DNA of 60,776 nt from Bdellovibrionota bacterium (GTDB taxonomy: Bacteria; Bdellovibrionota; UBA1018; UBA923): the NCBI GenBank assembly GCA_040754655.1, contig JBFMCE010000005.1, positions 1-60,776 on the forward strand, written 5' to 3'. Both the position numbers and the translations under genes were made by a program. The number at the start of each line of letters is the position of its first letter. Within the stretch, counting starts at the first letter, position 1. The notes under the pieces were generated by a model. The model did not search any database, was not told the origin of the DNA, and saw nothing but the letters and a program-made list of their open reading frames with translations. Positions 56,120-60,776 of the stretch are shown here, one piece after another.

Positions 56120-57241
56120 ATGGGTGTCTTTGAAGATTCAGTCGATACCTTTCTTTTGCCAATCAAAGAATTCCTCGAAGATGAAAGCGTCTCAGAGGTC
56201 TTGGTCAATGGCGCAAAGGAAATCTTTGTTGAGAAGCGCGGCAGGCTAGAGAAGGTGAATGCGCAGTTTCACGATGAACAATCTTTGCTCGCGGCCGTGA
56301 GGAACATCGCCCAGTTCGTGGGACGCAAGATTGATGAAGAAAACCCAACCCTGGACGCAAGGCTTCCAAACGGATCGAGGGTGCACGCCGTTATTCCTCC
56401 TTCCTCGCGGAAAGGCACGGTCTTGAGTATTAGGAAGTTCGCCAAAGAAACTCCCACGCTCGTGGATCTGATCAATCGTGGAAGCATTTCGAAAGACGCG
56501 GCGCGGTTCCTTGATGTCTGCGTTTATCTCGCGAAGAATGTCATCATCTCAGGGGGCACGGGTTCAGGCAAAACCACGTTGCTCAACGTGATTGGCTCAC
56601 GCATCCCTGCAAATCAGCGCCTTCTCATCGTAGAAGATGCGAGCGAACTTAAAATCCAAACTGACCATGTCGTGAACTTTGAAACCAAAGCTCCTCTTGC
56701 AAACGGCAAGGGGGGTTTGAGCATTCGCGATCTGATTCGATCGGCGTTGCGGTTGCGGCCTGATCGCATCGTCGTGGGCGAAGTGAGAGGGCCGGAAGCC
56801 CTCGATCTCATCACTGCGATGAATACGGGCCATGGCGGAAGCATGGGAACGACGCATGCCAACAGTTCTCTTGACGCCCTCGTCCGTTTAGAAACACTTT
56901 CGATGATGGGCGACGCGCAAGTGCCGGTAATGGCGATACGAAGACAGATCGCCGCGGCCATTCACATCGTCGTGCAGATCAAACGCATGCACGATGGCAC
57001 GAGGAAAGTCACAGAGATCTGTGAAGTAATGCCCGAAGTTGATGAAACGGGGCGCTATCAGGTTCGCAATGTCTTTCAATTCGTCCAGCGCGGCAAAACC
57101 TCTGAGGGAAAAATCGTCGGGGAAATGATCGCAACGGGTTATGTGCCTAGTTTCTATCCTGAGATCGAGCTGAACCGACTGCCGTTCCCTAAAGAAAAGT
57201 TTTCACCTCCTGCCTGGTTTGACCCCAAAAAAGCGGCGTGA
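56120..57241 (+). CDS. tadA: CpaF/TadA family pilus assembly ATPase
   Basis: DARLPNGSRV, SGGTGSGKTT, ALRLRPDRIVVGEVRG, AMNTGHGGS..T.HAN. Confidence 0.92.
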   Translation: MGVFEDSVDTFLLPIKEFLEDESVSEVLVNGAKEIFVEKRGRLEKVNAQFHDEQSLLAAVRNIAQFVGRKIDEENPTLDARLPNGSRVHAVIPPSSRKGTVLSIRKFAKETPTLVDLINRGSISKDAARFLDVCVYLAKNVIISGGTGSGKTTLLNVIGSRIPANQRLLIVEDASELKIQTDHVVNFETKAPLANGKGGLSIRDLIRSALRLRPDRIVVGEVRGPEALDLITAMNTGHGGSMGTTHANSSLDALVRLETLSMMGDAQVPVMAIRRQIAAAIHIVVQIKRMHDGTRKVTEICEVMPEVDETGRYQVRNVFQFVQRGKTSEGKIVGEMIATGYVPSFYPEIELNRLPFPKEKFSPPAWFDPKKAA

Positions 57242-57326
57242 AGTGACGGCCATACTCGTAGAGAGAAAACTTGGCCTTCCCCGTAAATTCCGTTAAGGTG
57301 CAGCCACATACTGGGGAGGGCAAACC

Positions 57327-58643
57327 GTGTTTACTATTGAATCCATCATTGCGCGCGAGGTTCTTGATAGCCGAGGTAATCCAACAATCGAAGTTGATTT
57401 GAAACTTTCAGGTGGCGCCTTGGGGCGCGGCGCAGTTCCCAGCGGAGCAAGCACCGGAAGTCGCGAAGCCCTTGAACTCAGGGACGGCGATAAAAAAAGA
57501 TACTTGGGAAAGGGCGTTTTAAAGGCCGTTGCGAATGTAAAAGAGACCATCTCTGCTCGCTTGGTGGGGAATAAATTCGGAACCCAGCTTGAGTTTGATC
57601 AAGCTCTCATTGAGCTGGATGGCACCGGAAACAAATCAAAACTCGGCGCGAATGCGATTTTGGGAGCCTCGATGGCTTTTTGCAGGGCGGCCGCTCAAGC
57701 TTCTGGGCTTCCTCTCTACCAATGGATCGCAAAAGAGTTTCACGGCAAGTCCAACCCAAATGAAAACTTCGTTTTGCCGGTACCGCTCATGAATATTTTC
57801 AATGGCGGCGCGCATGCTGATAATGGCGTCGACTTTCAAGAGTTCATGATCGTGCCCGTAGGGGCTTCGACTTTTTCTGAAGCTTTGAGGATGGGTGTTG
57901 AGGTTTTTCACCGTTTGAAAGCGGTGTTGATCGATGAGCATTTGAATACCGGCGTGGGTGATGAAGGGGGATTTGCGCCGTCGCTGGATGACTATGAGAA
58001 CAAGCATGAGCAAGTTCTTGAATTCGTGATGCAAGCCATTGAGCAAGCTGGCTACCAAGCGGGCAAAGATATCTATTTGGCCTTGGATGTGGCTGCAAGC
58101 GAGCTTTTTGAAAACGGAAAATATCGTTTTGAAGGCCGCCGGATGGGAGCTCCTGAGCTGATCAGCGTGTATGAGGGAATGCACAAGGAGTACCCCATTC
58201 TTTCTATTGAGGATGGGCTCGCCGAGGGTGATTGGGATGGCTGGAAAGAAATCACCAAACGTTTAGGCAAGCAGTGCCAATTGGTGGGCGATGATGTTTT
58301 CGTTACGAACCCTTCGATTCTTCAAGAGGGGATCCAAGCGAAAGTGGCCAATTCCGTTCTGGTCAAACTCAACCAGATCGGAACCGTTTCGGAAACTTTC
58401 CGAGCCATTCGTATGGCTCAGGACGCAGGTTATACTGCAGTGATCAGCCATCGTAGCGGTGAAACGGAAGACGCTTTCATCGCGGATTTGGCGGTTGGAA
58501 CTTCAGCGGGGCAAATCAAAACGGGCTCTGCGTCAAGGTCTGATCGGCTCGCGAAATACAATCAGATTTTGCGAATAGAATCAGAGTTGGGTCGACGAGC
58601 TCAGTTTACTGGGATAAAATCGTTTCGACATGGTGGCGCTTAA
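57327..58643 (+). CDS. eno: enolase
   Basis: [46 protein letters not shown]. Confidence 0.98.
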   Translation: MFTIESIIAREVLDSRGNPTIEVDLKLSGGALGRGAVPSGASTGSREALELRDGDKKRYLGKGVLKAVANVKETISARLVGNKFGTQLEFDQALIELDGTGNKSKLGANAILGASMAFCRAAAQASGLPLYQWIAKEFHGKSNPNENFVLPVPLMNIFNGGAHADNGVDFQEFMIVPVGASTFSEALRMGVEVFHRLKAVLIDEHLNTGVGDEGGFAPSLDDYENKHEQVLEFVMQAIEQAGYQAGKDIYLALDVAASELFENGKYRFEGRRMGAPELISVYEGMHKEYPILSIEDGLAEGDWDGWKEITKRLGKQCQLVGDDVFVTNPSILQEGIQAKVANSVLVKLNQIGTVSETFRAIRMAQDAGYTAVISHRSGETEDAFIADLAVGTSAGQIKTGSASRSDRLAKYNQILRIESELGRRAQFTGIKSFRHGGA

Positions 58644-58920
58644 AAAGGTCTCAAAACGTACTTGGTTTTATCTCTTCATTTTTATTGCTTGGGCTCTCTC
58701 TATCTCGGGCGTTTTCGGGAACAGCGGTCTTGTCCAAGCCTATAAGCTCTCACGCGTAAAATACGATATTGTGCTTCGCATTAATGCTCTTGAGAATGAA
58801 AAGGCTCGCCTGGCTACGGGCCTGCGCGACCTTGAAAGCGATTCCTTTGTGCAAGAGCAGGCTGTACGAGAAAGCCTGGGGTTTGTGCGTGAGAATGAGC
58901 TCGTTTTTGAGTTTCGGTGA
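58630..58920 (+). CDS. ftsB: cell division protein FtsB/DivIC
   Basis: TM, then G..GL, coiled coil, [15 protein letters not shown]; follows eno. Confidence 0.85.
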   Translation: MVALKKVSKRTWFYLFIFIAWALSISGVFGNSGLVQAYKLSRVKYDIVLRINALENEKARLATGLRDLESDSFVQEQAVRESLGFVRENELVFEFR

Positions 58921-59007
58921 GAAAGCCTAGGCAAGATCTGCTTCTTTCCTGGTTCAGGAGAGGCTATAAACCTTCTCGGTAAAAAAATCTTTGAGGCACT
59001 GCTCAGG

Positions 59008-59035
59008 TTGACACCTGTTTGCACTTTGTTACCTT
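59008..59035 (+). promoter_or_regulatory. sigma70-type promoter of the cold-shock gene
   Basis: TTGACA-N16-TACCTT with an extended TG. Confidence 0.6.
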
Positions 59036-59123
59036 TAAGCTAGGGGCCAAAGCCGAGGCCATTTGGTTTTGCGGTCATGACGAACGAACAGGCCCGTCAT
59101 ATCTCTAAGGAGGGATAAGTATT

Positions 59124-59330
59124 ATGGCAGTTGGGAAAGTAAAGTGGTTTAACGATGCCAAGGGATTTGGTTTTATCCAGCGCGATGATGGTCCGGATGT
59201 TTTCGTGCATTACACCGCTATTCAGGGTGACGGATTTAAAACCTTGGCTGAAGGTCAAGAAGTGGAGTTTGACCTCTATGACGGTGCTAAAGGCCCACAG
59301 GCCCAGAACGTGATGAAACGCCAGAACTAG
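59124..59330 (+). CDS. cold-shock protein (CspA family)
   Basis: [28 protein letters not shown]. Confidence 0.97.
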   Translation: MAVGKVKWFNDAKGFGFIQRDDGPDVFVHYTAIQGDGFKTLAEGQEVEFDLYDGAKGPQAQNVMKRQN

Positions 59331-59363
59331 ATTAAAACCCCAAAATTTTAGACGGAAAAAAAC

Positions 59364-59407
59364 ACAAAAGCCCGAACTTCGCATCAATGCAAGGTTCGGG
59401 CTTTTGT
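59364..59407. terminator. bidirectional intrinsic terminator
   Basis: ACAAAAGCCCGAAC...GTTCGGGCTTTTGT between convergent genes. Confidence 0.85.
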
Positions 59408-59460
59408 TTTGACGCCACCATTTGGCGAACCGCTAAAAAGCGGAACACCGTGGAGGCTTA

Positions 59461-60573
59461 TCAATAATAAGGGTCAAAATAAGGGCCTTTGCGCTGATCT
59501 TCTACTAGATTGCCAGGAGGCGAAACCACGGGCGTTGTCGAAGTTTTCACAGCCTTATCGCCTTTAATTTCAACCGCAGGTGGCTCAGCGAGGTCTGTCG
59601 CGCTCTTGGTCCAATCAATGCGCTCATAAACCGCCGAAGTGTATACAGCGATACGGCGCGCTTTGCCTTGAATTGAACCCTCAACTCCAGAGCCTTCCTC
59701 CGACATGAGGGTTTGGTTTTCAGGGGTGCACATCAGCTCAGGTTCTTGCTCAGGCTGTTCGTCAATGTGAGTTCCTGCGTATTCTGGCGCAACATTGCCG
59801 CATACCGGTTCTTCTGAAATGCTCATTACTGCTTCGCCGTCGCCTCGAACATCATCATCCATGGCGGCGAGATGTACGATCTTGCGGCGAACTTCGATTC
59901 GCCCATCAGCGCGCTTGTAAACACGCATTTCTTTTTCAACGATATTGCCTCTCAGGTTTTCGCCAAAGAGTTTGCCATTATCGCCTTTGCCTTTGATGGC
60001 TTTGAATTCAATTTCAGCATTTGCTGTGGCGTCTTCATCACCGTTGATACCCACATTGAGCGAGGCTGCGGTAATAAAAGATTCTTCCTTGCTTGCAGAG
60101 ACTTTCATGTCGATAAGTCGAATTTTGCCATAATCACCATTGAGGCGGCTGATGCTTTCGGGGCTTTCCGCGCTGCCGAAAAGATCTCCTGTGCCTTCAG
60201 GCATCTCTTGGCACAGGATTGTGGGTTTAGTTTCTTCAGACTCGGCACCTTTGACGATGTTGAGTTCGCCAAGAGCTCTTGCGTTCAAGGTCTCGTCTTC
60301 GACGAAGATCTGAACTTTTTCGAGATCGTAAGATCCGGTCTTTTCCAGGGCCGGTAGTTGGAATTGATCAGCAAACAAGACTTCATCGCCTTGAAGCGAT
60401 GTAATGCCGCCTTCTTCAAGCGAGATGGGGTTTGAGCAGGCCGTCGAAGCGGCGGAAGCAGTATCTTCTGCTTTGCCTTTCTTTTGAGTGGTTTCTTTTT
60501 TCGCGCATGCGGTAGCGCCTAACACAGTTGCTATTGCCAAAGCTGAAAGTACAGACAATTGGGGGTACTTCAT
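59461..60573 (-). CDS. hypothetical lipoprotein
   Basis: AAGGAG SD, ATAC lipobox, acidic mature region. Confidence 0.8.
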   Translation of the reverse strand: MKYPQLSVLSALAIATVLGATACAKKETTQKKGKAEDTASAASTACSNPISLEEGGITSLQGDEVLFADQFQLPALEKTGSYDLEKVQIFVEDETLNARALGELNIVKGAESEETKPTILCQEMPEGTGDLFGSAESPESISRLNGDYGKIRLIDMKVSASKEESFITAASLNVGINGDEDATANAEIEFKAIKGKGDNGKLFGENLRGNIVEKEMRVYKRADGRIEVRRKIVHLAAMDDDVRGDGEAVMSISEEPVCGNVAPEYAGTHIDEQPEQEPELMCTPENQTLMSEEGSGVEGSIQGKARRIAVYTSAVYERIDWTKSATDLAEPPAVEIKGDKAVKTSTTPVVSPPGNLVEDQRKGPYFDPYY

Positions 60574-60685
60574 ATTTGATTTCTCCTTACAGAAATTTAG
60601 TGCGGAAGATATATCATTACATGACTTATTTAGTCAACAATAAAATAGAAATAGTTTATAGAAAGAAAAAGAATAGAGGAGGGCG

Positions 60686-60775
60686 CTATTCGATGCCGTA
60701 GATGAGCGAGGTATAAACCCTGCGGGCGGGCTCAGAGTGGGGGTGTTCTTGCAAAATGCGCACTTCTATCTGGGT
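60686..60775 (-). CDS. 3' end of a gene truncated by the window edge
   Basis: Open frame ...TQIEVRILQEHPHSEPARRVYTSLIYGIE* running in from the right edge. Confidence 0.4.
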   Translation of the reverse strand, partial: TQIEVRILQEHPHSEPARRVYTSLIYGIE

Positions 60776-60776
60776 T

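Overview
A bacterial chromosomal window, most consistent with a Bdellovibrionota/Oligoflexia-like lineage. This is inferred from gene content and the many secreted hypotheticals; it was not confirmed by search. Housekeeping blocks: tRNA-fMet/rluB/scpAB/site-2 protease/xerD; uup; amiC-mutS; pyk; dsbA-kdsD; suhB; hflX; rimP-nusA-infB-rbfA-truB; udg/rnd; aconitase; tadA-eno-ftsB; csp. These alternate with solitary secreted or lipoprotein genes. No rRNA, CRISPR array, prophage or intact transposase was seen. The strongest observations are: (1) a full-length glutamyl-tRNA synthetase paralogue with nearly every ATP- and Glu-binding motif substituted while the scaffold is intact (probable pseudo-synthetase); (2) a pyruvate kinase fused to a C-terminal 2x[4Fe-4S] ferredoxin-like domain; (3) two distant secreted-protein genes sharing a sigma54 promoter plus TGTC-N9-GACA palindrome at almost the same spacing; (4) an unannotated sigma54-driven 32-aa ORF ending in a 23-bp perfect inverted repeat; (5) a one-gene cassette flanked by a 48-bp perfect terminator duplication and carrying a possibly pseudoknotted 3' element; (6) a recurrent R-x-[ILP]-A-S motif in exported proteins; (7) many apparently leaderless genes. 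All family calls are by eye from motifs; no databases were searched.
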